A stretch of 64,000 nt of DNA from Planctomycetales bacterium (GCA_030612725.1 JAUWNJ010000009.1:33800-97799); one strand, 5' to 3'; positions 27,993 through 38,742 are shown, counted from the first letter of the stretch. Notes: generated by a model from the sequence alone, not told the origin. Numbers and translations are program-made.

Positions 27993-28775
27993 ATGTTAAG
28001 GGCATTTTCAACGGCTGCAACGGGAATGACGGCTCAGCAGATGATCGTTGACGTCATTGCCAACAACCTTGCCAACATCAACACCGTTGGGTTCAAGCGG
28101 AGCCAGGTCGATTTTCAGGACTTGATGTATGTGAAGATTAAAGAGTTTGGGCGTGAGATTGCTTCGGGCGTAACGGCGCCGGGCGGATTCGAGATAGGAA
28201 GCGGCGTAAGTCCCGCCTCCACGCTGAAGGTCTTCACACAAGGCGAGCAGGTCAACACCGAGCGGAGCCTCGATATAGCCATTCAGGGCGACGGGTTCTT
28301 CCAGGTAACAGGCCCCGGTGGCGATACCCGTTACACGCGCGACGGATCGCTCAGGGCAAACGCCAACGGCGAATTGGTAACTTCCGGCGGATACACTATG
28401 GAACCGGCAATCAGCATCCCGCCCAGTACCGTCTCGATAAGTGTCGGCAAGGATGGGACCGTTACGGTTTTCGACGGTACGACCACCACGTCGATCGGGC
28501 AGATTACGCTGGTGCGATTTGCGAATCCTTCAGGACTGTCGAGCGAGGGCGGGAACCTTTTGGCTGAAACATCGGCCAGTGGTTCGCCGACCACAGCCAC
28601 GCCCGGACAGGACGGAGCCGGGACGCTCCAGCAGGGATTCCTCGAAAAATCAAACGTTCAGATGGTTACTGAACTGGTCAACCTCATAACGGCCCAGCGA
28701 GCTTATGAAATCAACTCGCGGGCGATCAAAGCCGGCGACGAGATGCTCACCACCGCAAATCGTCTGATCGCATAG
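27993..28775 (+). CDS. flgG: Flagellar basal-body rod protein FlgG
   Basis: TAATGMTAQQ...NNLANINTVGFK...FQDLMY, LEKSNVQMVTELVNLITAQRAYEINS. Confidence 0.95.
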   Translation: MLRAFSTAATGMTAQQMIVDVIANNLANINTVGFKRSQVDFQDLMYVKIKEFGREIASGVTAPGGFEIGSGVSPASTLKVFTQGEQVNTERSLDIAIQGDGFFQVTGPGGDTRYTRDGSLRANANGELVTSGGYTMEPAISIPPSTVSISVGKDGTVTVFDGTTTTSIGQITLVRFANPSGLSSEGGNLLAETSASGSPTTATPGQDGAGTLQQGFLEKSNVQMVTELVNLITAQRAYEINSRAIKAGDEMLTTANRLIA

Positions 28776-28783
28776 GAGACGCA

Positions 28784-29770
28784 ATGATACGTAAATCAGC
28801 CAGTATTCTGCTTGGAGTATTGTTGCTTTGTGCGGTATGTCCGGCTTCGCCGAAGAAAGCCCCGGCTCTGCGGATGCACCTTCCGAGGACGGTGCGTGTA
28901 CGCGGCGAGTCGCTGAACATGGGGCGAATCGGCGTAATTCGCGGAAGCGACGCGAAACTCTGCAAAAAAGTTTCGGATATCAAAATGGGCAGACTGCCGT
29001 TCTCCGGCGAAAAAATCACCATCGACCGACGAACAATACTCTCCCGTCTCGCTACCGCCGGTATTGGCCCGAGGATGATTCAGATTACCGGGGCCCGGAA
29101 AGTCGTCGTCATGCTCGACGAAAAGACCTTCGAATCAGCCAGGCTGATTAAGTCGGCTGAGGCGTTCCTGACCAGGACCCGTCCGGGTCCGGATGGGTGT
29201 TCATGGAAACTCGTCCGTCAGCCAAAAGACCTGAAAGTTACGTCCGCCGATAACATTCAACTCAAGCCTCGCCTCGGCAAGGCGAAGTCCAAAAGGTACA
29301 TAGAAGTTATAGTCGCAGCCGTCGGTTCGAAAAAACGTGAACTTGGACGGGCGAAAATACTCTTCAAGCCGGTCTATCGCGTTCAACAGGCAGTCGCGAT
29401 TAAAAACATCACTTCGGGCGAGACGTTCACGAAGACGAACACCGTCGTCAGGATCGTCAGCGTCGAACGCAAACCAACCCGCGAGTGGACAAGTCCCTTT
29501 GGACTGATGGCGTCGCGCGACATACGGGTCGGCGCGGTTATTCGCCCCGGACTCATGAAGACGCCGAAACCCGCTCTTGTTATCCGCCGCAACCAGACCG
29601 TCCAGATGAAGATTGTCGGGCTTGGGTTCGTGATATCGGGTGTCGGTAAAGCCATGTCTAACGGACGGGTAGGCGAATTGATTAAGGTCCGAAACACCGA
29701 CAGCAAGCGAATTATTACAGCCAGGGTGGCCTTCGACGGTACCGTCAGGCCGATTTATGGAAAGAGGTAA
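28784..29770 (+). CDS. flgA: Flagellar P-ring chaperone
   Basis: Signal peptide, SAF-like C-terminus GKAMSNGRVGELIKVRNTDSKR; between flgG and flgH. Confidence 0.88.
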   Translation: MIRKSASILLGVLLLCAVCPASPKKAPALRMHLPRTVRVRGESLNMGRIGVIRGSDAKLCKKVSDIKMGRLPFSGEKITIDRRTILSRLATAGIGPRMIQITGARKVVVMLDEKTFESARLIKSAEAFLTRTRPGPDGCSWKLVRQPKDLKVTSADNIQLKPRLGKAKSKRYIEVIVAAVGSKKRELGRAKILFKPVYRVQQAVAIKNITSGETFTKTNTVVRIVSVERKPTREWTSPFGLMASRDIRVGAVIRPGLMKTPKPALVIRRNQTVQMKIVGLGFVISGVGKAMSNGRVGELIKVRNTDSKRIITARVAFDGTVRPIYGKR

Positions 29771-29774
29771 AATT

Positions 29775-30407
29775 ATGAAGATTACACGTTTAATTACCAC
29801 GGCGGTTTTCTCGATTCTGCTTTTGACGGGCGTTGCATGGGCGGGTTCCATCTGGGCCAAGGCGAAGTCGCCCAAACCATTACACGCCGACGATACAGCC
29901 AGCAGGATCGGGGACATCCTGACGATTGTTATCGACGAGCGAACCACAATCGACAATAAGTCCGAGCGGAACCTGGAGAAGAAGTCCTCCCGCAAGACCG
30001 GCGTCAAGACAAACGTGCCTTTGATGAGTGCAATCAACACCGCTACGGGCGGGATGTTCAAACTTACAAAAGCGGATGTGGACATGAGCGCCGAGAACAA
30101 GTTCGACGGAAAGGCAGACTACGGTAACGAGCGGAAGATGATCGACCAGATAACCGTTACAGTCGCCGACGTGCTTCCGAACGGGAACCTGGTTGTCGTC
30201 GGTACGAGGGAGCGCAAGGTCGATGACGACAAGCAGGTTATCCAGATCAGCGGCGTGGTCCGTACCAGCGATATTACCTTCGCCAACACGGTTCGCAGCG
30301 ACAAAGTGGCTGAATTCAAGATTACTTTCAAGGACGGTTATCGCGAAAAACGCTTCACCAAACCGGGCTGGTTCGGGCGAGTTCTCAATCTGCTGAACCC
30401 GTTCTAA
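29775..30407 (+). CDS. flgH: Flagellar L-ring protein
   Basis: IGDILTIVIDE, VADVLPNGNLVVVG, SGVVRTSDI, PGWF. Confidence 0.9.
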   Translation: MKITRLITTAVFSILLLTGVAWAGSIWAKAKSPKPLHADDTASRIGDILTIVIDERTTIDNKSERNLEKKSSRKTGVKTNVPLMSAINTATGGMFKLTKADVDMSAENKFDGKADYGNERKMIDQITVTVADVLPNGNLVVVGTRERKVDDDKQVIQISGVVRTSDITFANTVRSDKVAEFKITFKDGYREKRFTKPGWFGRVLNLLNPF

Positions 30408-30433
30408 TCGGGCCTGATGGAAGGAATAGACTT

Positions 30434-31525
30434 ATGCGACGCATTCTAACGGGAATAGTTATCATGCTGCTTCTGTTCGCCCTGCCTACGCGGGCAGAGC
30501 GGATAAAGGACATCGTCGATATTCAGGGCGTCCGAAGCAACCCGCTGCTTGGTTACGGGTTGGTGGTCGGGCTTAACGGTACGGGCGACGATTCGCCTGC
30601 CTCCCAGCGGGCGCTGGCGAGCATACTACGAAAGTCAGGCCTGGTCCTGGAGCCGAAGGACGTCTCCAGCAAGAACATTGCCAGCGTGATAGTAACGGCG
30701 GAACTTCTGCCGTTCGCACGCAAGGGAAGCAGGATGACCGTAACGGTTTCGGCAATTGGCGATACGACCAGCCTCCAGGGCGGAACGCTTCTGATGACGC
30801 CCCTTATGGGTGCCGACAAGCAGGTTTATGCCGTCGCGCAGGGTGCGATATTAGTCAGTGGGTTCGCTGCCACCGGACAGTCGGCTTCCGTGGCGAAAAA
30901 TCATCCTACTGTCGGGCTTATCCCCGGCGGGGCGACTGTGGAAGCAGAAGAACTCGCCGAGTTCGTCGAGAACGGGTTCGTTACGCTGAACCTTCGTAAC
31001 CCGGACTTCACCACGTCCGAAAAAATAGCCCAAGCCATTAATTCGATCTTCAGGAACAGTTCAAACGCCGTCGATGCCGGTACGATTAAAGTCGAAGTTC
31101 CCAAAACGCTGACTCGCGGCGAACTGACCGGATTTATCGATAAAATCTCCGCGCTCAACGTCAAAGTCGATCAGCCTGCACTGGTGGTCATAAACGAGCG
31201 GTCCGGTACGATTATCGTCGGGGAAAACGTCGGTATCTCGACGGTGGCCATCTCGCACGGAAACCTGACAATCGTTACACAGGAAAAGGATTTCGTCTCC
31301 CAGCCGCTGCCGTTCTCCAAAACCGGCACGACGGAAACAATGAACCGGACCGACATAACGGCCAAGGAGGAGGCAGGCGCTCTGCATGTGGTTCCGCGTC
31401 AGGTGTCCGTTTCCGAACTGGCAAGGGCGCTCAACGCGATGGGGCTTACGCCGAGAGACCTGATATCCATTTTCGAGGCATTGCGCCAGGCAGGAGCACT
31501 CCAGGCGAAACTGAAAATTATGTAA
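30434..31525 (+). CDS. flgI: Flagellar P-ring protein
   Basis: RIKDIVDIQGVRSNPLLGYGLVVGLNGTGD, SLQGGTLLMTPL, INERSGTI. Confidence 0.95.
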   Translation: MRRILTGIVIMLLLFALPTRAERIKDIVDIQGVRSNPLLGYGLVVGLNGTGDDSPASQRALASILRKSGLVLEPKDVSSKNIASVIVTAELLPFARKGSRMTVTVSAIGDTTSLQGGTLLMTPLMGADKQVYAVAQGAILVSGFAATGQSASVAKNHPTVGLIPGGATVEAEELAEFVENGFVTLNLRNPDFTTSEKIAQAINSIFRNSSNAVDAGTIKVEVPKTLTRGELTGFIDKISALNVKVDQPALVVINERSGTIIVGENVGISTVAISHGNLTIVTQEKDFVSQPLPFSKTGTTETMNRTDITAKEEAGALHVVPRQVSVSELARALNAMGLTPRDLISIFEALRQAGALQAKLKIM

Positions 31526-31534
31526 GGGAACATC

Positions 31535-31894
31535 ATGAGCGATTTGTCTCTTCCGATAAACCCGGTTGATTTATCCACTGCGATGCCGCTTGCAGCGGGA
31601 AGTGCGGATTTAGCGAAAAGTCTGGACGGGTTGAAGAATAACATTGATGTAAAGAAAGCTGAAAAGGTAGCCAAGGATTTTGAATCCGTGCTGCTGCACA
31701 AACTTATGGAAAGCATGCAGCGTACGATTCCCGAATCAGGACTGCTGGACAGCGGAATTACAAAGCAGGTCCAGGGCATATTCTGGTTTTACCTTGCCCA
31801 GGAAATGGCCGACGCGGGCGGTGTCGGTCTGTGGCGGGATATTTACTCTCAGATGACCGACCATGCGACGCAGGCGGTGGAGCAAAGCGAATGA
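31535..31894 (+). CDS. flgJ: FlgJ rod-binding domain only, no muramidase
   Basis: VAKDFESVLL...M, GGVGL; follows flgI. Confidence 0.82.
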   Translation: MSDLSLPINPVDLSTAMPLAAGSADLAKSLDGLKNNIDVKKAEKVAKDFESVLLHKLMESMQRTIPESGLLDSGITKQVQGIFWFYLAQEMADAGGVGLWRDIYSQMTDHATQAVEQSE

Positions 31895-32406
31895 TTGTGC
31901 GAAGCACTGAATCGTTGATTGATGAACTCCTGGCGGTCCTCGACGAGGAGATCGAACTGCTGGGGCAGAAGCAGTCGCAACTGGCGGACCTTTCCGAAGC
32001 GTTGGTATCGACCGACGATGCAGCCACCGAGACTCTGATCAAACTAATTGAGCAGACGGAATATACGCAAACCAGGGTCGATCTGAAACTCCAGGACGTT
32101 CGCAAGACCCTTGCCGGCGTATTCGGATACGACGACGCCAGGGCGTTGCGGCTTTCCGTGCTGGTAACGGAACTACCCGACGCGCAGGCGACGGCGGTGA
32201 ATGACCGTCGGGAGCGATTGGCCCAACAGGTCGGCACCCTTCGCAGGCAGCACCTTCAGACAGCCATGCTTTTGATCGAATGTTCCAAAGTTAATCGCAT
32301 GATGATGGAGTGTTTGTTACCGGCGGGCGAAGCCGTTACGACATACGACGCGACAGGGACGAACCTCTGGCGGAACGGCGTCGGGCTGGTGGATAAGGAA
32401 CTATAA
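31891..32406 (+). CDS. flgN: Flagellar export chaperone FlgN-like
   Basis: Helical protein between flgJ and flgK; C-terminal TYDATG. Confidence 0.7.
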   Translation: MIVRSTESLIDELLAVLDEEIELLGQKQSQLADLSEALVSTDDAATETLIKLIEQTEYTQTRVDLKLQDVRKTLAGVFGYDDARALRLSVLVTELPDAQATAVNDRRERLAQQVGTLRRQHLQTAMLLIECSKVNRMMMECLLPAGEAVTTYDATGTNLWRNGVGLVDKEL

Positions 32407-32410
32407 TCGA

Positions 32411-34369
32411 ATGTTAAATTTCTCGATAAGCCTCACCGGACTGAACGTCGTTCAAAGCGCCATCGAATTGGTCGGCACCAATCTGTCCAATGCCGGTAGC
32501 GAAGGATACCATCGCCAGGACCCGATTATACGCCCGTTGTGTTTGAACACCTACGGTGTCGTTTCCATCGGCGGAGCCGAAATTACAGAAGTTCGGCGAA
32601 TGATCGACAACCTGCTGGAAATGGAGATCGTGCGTCAACAATCGTCGCTTGGGCAAGCGTCGCAGGAGTTGGCTACCCTGGAAACGATTGAGAGCGTCTT
32701 CGGCGAGTTGGATTCCGAGGGCATGAACGTGGCAATAAGCCACTTCTTCGACTCGCTGACTGAACTTACTTCCCAGCCTGACAGTCAGGCGCTGCGCGAG
32801 CAGGTGGTATGGGCGGCTGACGGTCTGGCCGGTCAGTTCCGCAATATCGGGCGCTTCATTGATGACGTGATGGAACATGTTCACCTCCAGGCCAGGCAGT
32901 ACGTCGAGGAAGTCAACTCGCTTTCGAATGAAATATCCGACCTGAACCAACAGATTACCGCGGTTTCCCTGCGTGGCGGTTCGGCCAACATGCTAAAGGA
33001 TCGTCGAGACCAGGCAATTAAGGAATTGGCGGACCTGATAAATATCGAAGTTACCGGCGGGGTCGGTCTTGCCGAAACGACAACCATTTCCGCAAACGGA
33101 ATGCAGGTTGTAACGGGCACGTCCGTCATGACACTGGAACTTCAAACCACATCGGATGGGAAATTGGGAATCGCGCCGGAAGGTTCGCCGACGTGCAATA
33201 CCAGCCTCAGCGGCGGCAGACTGGCCGGCTTACTTGCACTGAATAACGACATACTCGCCGATATTCGAAGCAGCATGGATACATTGGCCGGACAGATTAT
33301 TACCGAAGTCAACCAACTGCACGTCCAGGGCGTGGGCAAAAACGGTTCGTTTGACGACCTGACAGGGGTATCCGTTTCGTCGGAAACTCTGGATGAATGG
33401 TCGCTCGATGTGGGAGCGGGAAGTTTCTTCATCCGCGTGATCGACACGAACACAGGCATCGCAACACGCCACGAAATCGCGGTCGATCCGACCACCGATA
33501 CTATCGCGACCATCCAGGCCGACCTTGACGCACTTGGAAATATATCGGCGTCGATTGTCGGTTCCGCTCTGCACATCGAAGCCAACGCCGGGTATCAGTT
33601 CGATTTCCTGCCGGCTGTTTCGGCCCAACCACTGGCCGATAACATCACCGGCACCGCCGAGGCAACAATGTCGGGAATATACGAAGGCGACGAAAACCAG
33701 GTGTTTACCTGTACGGTGGCCGGCGACGGCGACGTCGGCGTCGATTCAGGACTTGTGCTGGAAGTCCGTAACGGAGCCGGCGAACTGGTCAAAACGGTCA
33801 ATGTCGGACAGGGATATGCCGCCGGCGATGTGTTCGACATCGGTAGCGGGATGTATGTCGCCATTAGTACCGGATCGTTAGTCGATACCGACAATTTCAC
33901 TATCCAGGCTTTGGCCAGAACGGACACATCCGGATTCCTTGCCGCAGCGGGGATTAACACGCTGTTCTCAGGTGACACCGCGGCCAATATAGCGGTTCGT
34001 GGGGAGATTCTTGAGAGTCCTCAGGATCTGGCCGGTGATGTCAGCGCAGCCGGTGGCGACGGGATCAACATTCGGGAAATGGCGGATATTGTCCGGCAGA
34101 CCTTCGCCGCTCTGGGAGACACCTCCCCGCAGGACTATTACGGGCAGATCGTCGCCGGCGTCGGTCAGACCATCGCCGTCAGGCAGGCGAGAGTTGCCAG
34201 TATGGAAAATATCATGAGGCAACTGGGTACTCAGAGAGAGGACATCAGCGGCGTGGACCTCAACGACGAAGCCGCAAAATTGATAGTCCTTGAACGAATG
34301 TATCAGGCGATATCGAAGTCCATATCCACGCAGAACCAGATGTTGCAGTTCCTTTTCGACATAATATAA
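32411..34369 (+). CDS. flgK: Hook-associated protein 1
   Basis: NLSNAGSEGYHRQ, LKDRRDQ, SGGRLAGLL, SGVDLNDEAAKL. Confidence 0.93.
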   Translation: MLNFSISLTGLNVVQSAIELVGTNLSNAGSEGYHRQDPIIRPLCLNTYGVVSIGGAEITEVRRMIDNLLEMEIVRQQSSLGQASQELATLETIESVFGELDSEGMNVAISHFFDSLTELTSQPDSQALREQVVWAADGLAGQFRNIGRFIDDVMEHVHLQARQYVEEVNSLSNEISDLNQQITAVSLRGGSANMLKDRRDQAIKELADLINIEVTGGVGLAETTTISANGMQVVTGTSVMTLELQTTSDGKLGIAPEGSPTCNTSLSGGRLAGLLALNNDILADIRSSMDTLAGQIITEVNQLHVQGVGKNGSFDDLTGVSVSSETLDEWSLDVGAGSFFIRVIDTNTGIATRHEIAVDPTTDTIATIQADLDALGNISASIVGSALHIEANAGYQFDFLPAVSAQPLADNITGTAEATMSGIYEGDENQVFTCTVAGDGDVGVDSGLVLEVRNGAGELVKTVNVGQGYAAGDVFDIGSGMYVAISTGSLVDTDNFTIQALARTDTSGFLAAAGINTLFSGDTAANIAVRGEILESPQDLAGDVSAAGGDGINIREMADIVRQTFAALGDTSPQDYYGQIVAGVGQTIAVRQARVASMENIMRQLGTQREDISGVDLNDEAAKLIVLERMYQAISKSISTQNQMLQFLFDII

Positions 34370-34396
34370 GGCTTACGGCGATTGTGAGGTGATTTA

Positions 34397-35839
34397 ATGA
34401 GCGGTTGGGGAACGATTTACAATAACATGATGTACGGGCTTGAGAATCACTCGCAGACGCTGGCGCGCCTGCAGGAGCAGATTGCTTCCGGTTCAAGGGT
34501 AATTCGGGCGTCAGACGATCCGAGCAACGCGTTTCAGATAATGGACATCAAGTCCCAGACGCGGACGCTGGAAGTGTACTCCGAAAACCTCGACCGGATC
34601 GTACTGTCGCTGAAGCAGACCTATTCCGTGATACAGGAGTTGTCCAGTTCGTTGTCCGGTGAGGATGGGGCCCGGGGGAAACTTACGCAGGCTGCCAGCG
34701 GGACTTACACCGACTCGCAACGTTCGGGACTGGCGGTGTATTTTGACACACTCCTGGGCCATGCCATTTCACTGGCGAACAGGAAGGTTCTGGGGCAATA
34801 CGTCTTCGGCGGCGACGCCTCAGATGCATCGGTGCCTTACGTCGCTCAGTACGAGGATGGCAAAATCGTCTCGGTTACCTACGAAGGAGGCCTGCGGAGT
34901 ATCAGCGTTCCAGTGGCCTCCGGCGTGGAACAGTCCGCTACGCTTGTCGGCGAAGAAGTCTTCCGCTCCGACCGGCGAACCGAACCGATATTTTACGGCG
35001 ACACCGGCGCTGCAGCAGGGGCCGGCACTTCGACCGTAAGAGGCGACGCCTGGCTGACCGTAGTGCATGATACGACAACCTACGGCGGAGCCACAGGCGT
35101 CCTCGCCGGAAGCAGGTCGGACGATGAAGACACCATCGTCGGAATGTCTCATAAACTCACGCTCGATGCCGACACAGGAAGGATCAGACTCGATGGCGGA
35201 CAGTTTGTGGACTACACGGGCGCTGAAGATAACCTGGAACTCACGAATGTCGCAGGCGACGTGGTCTTTGTCGATATGAGAAGCCTCGCAGGCGGACTGT
35301 CCGGGATGATAGACGTTACAATCACCGCCACCGGAAAAATGTCCATCGACGACCTCGAAAGCACCGCCGATCTAACGGCGTTTACCGATAACGAAGCTGT
35401 TATAGATTCCGTCACCGGCCGGGTACTTTACGTTGACGCCACAGGTATTGAGCGGACCGGCGTCGAACCGGTGCGGGTCCCCGGAACTTACGACTTGTTC
35501 GGAATGCTCATCGGCGCACGCGATGCTCTTCTCAATGAGCGGGGACTTTCGGAGGCCGATCAGACGGAACTTATTGGCGAGGCGATCGAGTCGCTCAACG
35601 AGGTCTTGGGCGGTCTGACCGACAATATGACCGCCGTCGGGGGGCGCAGCCAGGCGATGGATACGCTCAAAATGACATTGGTGAATATACAGGGCGATCT
35701 GGATATACGCCGGTCAACACTCCAGGACGCCGATATCATCGAACTTGCAGCCGAACTTGCAAGAACCCAGACATTCTACGAAATGACACTGGCGGTTACG
35801 GCCAGAGTGCTGAGCCTGTCGCTACTGGATTACCTCTAA
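34397..35839 (+). CDS. flgL: Hook-associated protein 3
   Basis: LQEQIASGSRVIRASDDP, GQYVFGG, C-terminal SLLDYL. Confidence 0.93.
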   Translation: MSGWGTIYNNMMYGLENHSQTLARLQEQIASGSRVIRASDDPSNAFQIMDIKSQTRTLEVYSENLDRIVLSLKQTYSVIQELSSSLSGEDGARGKLTQAASGTYTDSQRSGLAVYFDTLLGHAISLANRKVLGQYVFGGDASDASVPYVAQYEDGKIVSVTYEGGLRSISVPVASGVEQSATLVGEEVFRSDRRTEPIFYGDTGAAAGAGTSTVRGDAWLTVVHDTTTYGGATGVLAGSRSDDEDTIVGMSHKLTLDADTGRIRLDGGQFVDYTGAEDNLELTNVAGDVVFVDMRSLAGGLSGMIDVTITATGKMSIDDLESTADLTAFTDNEAVIDSVTGRVLYVDATGIERTGVEPVRVPGTYDLFGMLIGARDALLNERGLSEADQTELIGEAIESLNEVLGGLTDNMTAVGGRSQAMDTLKMTLVNIQGDLDIRRSTLQDADIIELAAELARTQTFYEMTLAVTARVLSLSLLDYL

Positions 35840-35945
35840 CCAGTACTCCGTAACATCTAAAATAATGGGTGTCATGTTCTCCCCCTGGGGAATAATATGG
35901 CACCCATCAAAATATGTGAGATAGTGTAGCAGGGGAAAAACAGTA

Positions 35946-37466
35946 TTGATGACATTGACAGAATATCTTGGCGATGATGCGATTGAACAGTTGGCGGGGA
36001 TGTTTTCCTCGGCTGCTGGTTCGCCGGTGCGAATACTCGCGCCTGACAGCAAGGTTTCCGCCGATCCGACTGCGATTGAGACCAAGGTGCTTGTCTCCGG
36101 TGAACACGTCGGGACAATCTCGCTTATCGGAAAAGCCGACTCCGCCGAAAACGCTCGCATGGTCGAACTGATGCGTAACATGCTGGTCCGCCTTTGTGAA
36201 CAGGCAGGGGAAATTCGCAACCGAGTCGAAGAACTCTCGGCTATGCACCGGATGACCGCCGCCTTTTCCGAACGCAAAGGTCTGAAGGAAATCCTGCAAT
36301 TGGTGGCCGAGACTATGGTGACGGTTACCGGCGCTGACGCCTGCTCAATCCGCGTATTCAACGAGGAGCGGACCGAACTGCTGCGAATGGCTACCTATGG
36401 GCTGAGCGGTGAATACACCTCCAAGGGTCCGATACGATTGGCCGACAGTAGAATCGATCAGGAGGTTCTCTCCGGAGGCGAGTGCGTCTATATCGCCGAT
36501 GAGCGGAACGACGAGCGAGTCCTGTACAAGACCGAAGCGAAGCGCGAAAACCTGGTGTCGGCCTTGTGCACGCCGATGAGTTACCACGAGCGGATTGAGG
36601 GTATTATCCGTGTCTATACCCGCAGACCTCACAAATTCGACTGGTTCGAGACGTCGCTTATTCACGGCGTGGCGTCGCAGGCAGCCATCGCCGTGGTCAA
36701 CGCTCGCCTGTACGAAGAAGCCCTTCTGGCCGAGAGAATCCGCCGACATTTGCGTCTTGCCGGCGACGTGCAGAAACGAATGATCCCAACCAATCCGCCA
36801 AAGATTAAAGGCGTGGGCATAGCAGCAATATATATACCCTGCTTCGAACTGGCAGGCGACTTCTATGATTTTATCGATATGGGCAGCGGAAAACTCGGTA
36901 TTTGCGTCGCTGATGTCGTCGGAAAAGGCGTGCGGGCGTCGCTTCTGATGGCTTCGACACGATCGTCCCTGCGGGCGCACGCAGCCCACTTATCCGACCT
37001 CTCGGAAATACTGTCGGCCGTCAACGTGGACCTCTGGCGCGAAAGCGAAGCCGGCGATTTCGTAACACTCTTCTTCGGAGTGCTGGACGCGAAGAGAAAA
37101 ACGCTGACCTATTGCAGCGCCGGACACGAACCGGTACTACTGGTAAGAAACGGGCAAGTCAGCGAACTGCCCGGAGGAAGCGGCGTACTCGGAATGGACG
37201 AGGAAATGCCATTCCACCAGGAAACACTCGGCCTGGAAAGCGGAGACATACTGAATATATTTACCGATGGACTACCAGAAGCAATCGACTTCCATGACGA
37301 CGCCTTCGGACGAGAACGAGTCCACAACGCTGTACTGGAAGCATGCCGACAAAGACGAACAGCAAAAGGAATCGGAAAATTCATACTCTGGGAAATGAGA
37401 CGGTTCGCAGGCCTGCAAACAAGGTCCGACGACCTGACTATGGTAACGATACGAATCAGGGACTAG
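35946..37466 (+). CDS. GAF + SpoIIE/PP2C (RsbU-like) phosphatase
   Basis: GAF region; AGDFYDF, VADVVGKG, SAGHEP, FTDGL, DDLT. Confidence 0.9.
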   Translation: MMTLTEYLGDDAIEQLAGMFSSAAGSPVRILAPDSKVSADPTAIETKVLVSGEHVGTISLIGKADSAENARMVELMRNMLVRLCEQAGEIRNRVEELSAMHRMTAAFSERKGLKEILQLVAETMVTVTGADACSIRVFNEERTELLRMATYGLSGEYTSKGPIRLADSRIDQEVLSGGECVYIADERNDERVLYKTEAKRENLVSALCTPMSYHERIEGIIRVYTRRPHKFDWFETSLIHGVASQAAIAVVNARLYEEALLAERIRRHLRLAGDVQKRMIPTNPPKIKGVGIAAIYIPCFELAGDFYDFIDMGSGKLGICVADVVGKGVRASLLMASTRSSLRAHAAHLSDLSEILSAVNVDLWRESEAGDFVTLFFGVLDAKRKTLTYCSAGHEPVLLVRNGQVSELPGGSGVLGMDEEMPFHQETLGLESGDILNIFTDGLPEAIDFHDDAFGRERVHNAVLEACRQRRTAKGIGKFILWEMRRFAGLQTRSDDLTMVTIRIRD

Positions 37467-37495
37467 GGATTAGGGACTTGGGAATAGGGGTTTAT

Positions 37496-38578
37496 ATGAG
37501 TCATTTTTGTCTTTTGGCGAACCCTGACGGTTATGCCGTCAGTGATTTCGATTTAACTTCCGACGCCGAGGCAAGGCGGTACTGGGTAAAACTGTTCGAA
37601 AAGCATTTTGCCGATACGCTTTCATACGCCCAGGTCGCCTATGGGCGCGGTGCGCGCAAACAGATTGAATCGGCACGCCTCCAATTCGCCGAGGTAGTTG
37701 CCTCACTGCGAGAGAATCCGGGACCTGCCGAATCAATCGGGTCCGATCCGCTTGGCATCATTGAATTGTGCCGCCTGCGCGAAAAGGCTCTTCGCGACCA
37801 CGGCCTGAACGACCCGTTCAGGCACATCAAGCAGCGTGAGGACGCCTCCGCCATCGAAACCTATCCCGGCGTTACCGACCACCTCAAATCACTGCCGGCG
37901 ACGGAACGATGGGAGCATCTTATTCGCGGCATCTTCGCCGGGAACATTTTCGACCTGGGCAGTACCGCAACAATGGGATATGCCGAGGACAGCGTGGATT
38001 TCGAAGCCGTCATCAAGCGGACCAGGCCTCGGCCTTGGGCGGTGGACGACTTCGACGAACTGGCGGCGAATCTGCCGACCGACGCAGGTCAACCGGCGCC
38101 CTGGGCAAAGGCTGTGGTATTCGTTGACAATACCGGAGCGGACTTCATCCTGGGTGTGATGCCCTTCGTACGAGAACTCGCCTCTCACGGTACCCAAATC
38201 GTCCTGGCTGCCAACGAACTGCCGACACTCAATGACGTTACCGCCGATGAAGCCGTCGAAATCCTCAACAAACTTGCAAATCTGGACGACGAACTGGCTT
38301 CGTATATCTCCGCCGGTCTGTTCGAGATCGTTTCGACCGGTAACGACATTCCGCTGATTGACTTATCGAAAGTCTCCGACGAATTGAACGCTGCCGCCAG
38401 GGACGCCGACCTTGTCGTCCTCGAGGGGATGGGCAGGAGCGTCGAGAGCAATCTCAACACGGAATTTGCAGTCGATTCGATCCAACTATGCCTCCTGAAG
38501 GACCCGATAGTAGCCGCCCGCGCCGGCGGCGAAGTATTCGACTGCGTGTGCAGATACAGAAAAGGGACTGGGGACTAG
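37496..38578 (+). CDS. DUF89/ARMT1-like damage-control phosphatase
   Basis: GIFAGNIFDLG, FVDNTGADFILG, AANELPTLNDVT, LVVLEGMGRSVESN. Confidence 0.87.
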   Translation: MSHFCLLANPDGYAVSDFDLTSDAEARRYWVKLFEKHFADTLSYAQVAYGRGARKQIESARLQFAEVVASLRENPGPAESIGSDPLGIIELCRLREKALRDHGLNDPFRHIKQREDASAIETYPGVTDHLKSLPATERWEHLIRGIFAGNIFDLGSTATMGYAEDSVDFEAVIKRTRPRPWAVDDFDELAANLPTDAGQPAPWAKAVVFVDNTGADFILGVMPFVRELASHGTQIVLAANELPTLNDVTADEAVEILNKLANLDDELASYISAGLFEIVSTGNDIPLIDLSKVSDELNAAARDADLVVLEGMGRSVESNLNTEFAVDSIQLCLLKDPIVAARAGGEVFDCVCRYRKGTGD

Positions 38579-38618
38579 GGATTAGGGACTGGGAAAAGAA
38601 AAACAGATGAACCAGTTG

Positions 38619-38710
38619 AAAGGTGGGACTCCGCTCTGCTTCGCTCCGTCCTAGCCTACGGTTTGCGATGTGGCGTAGGCTGGGACGGAGCGGAGCGGAG
38701 TCCCACCTTT
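38619..38710. repeat. REP pair upstream of RAYT
   Basis: Reverse copy ending CCTAC (~38659) and forward GTAGGCTGGGACGGAGCGGAGCGGAGTCCCACCTT from 38675. Confidence 0.9.
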
Positions 38711-38742
38711 CTTTGGATTCGACAAACGGTTAGAGTGCATTT

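Noticed and set aside
37343-37495. N-terminal extension of DUF89 overlapping the RsbU gene
   Set aside because: Runs through the RsbU 3' end and a heptamer array; ATG 37496 is the plausible start
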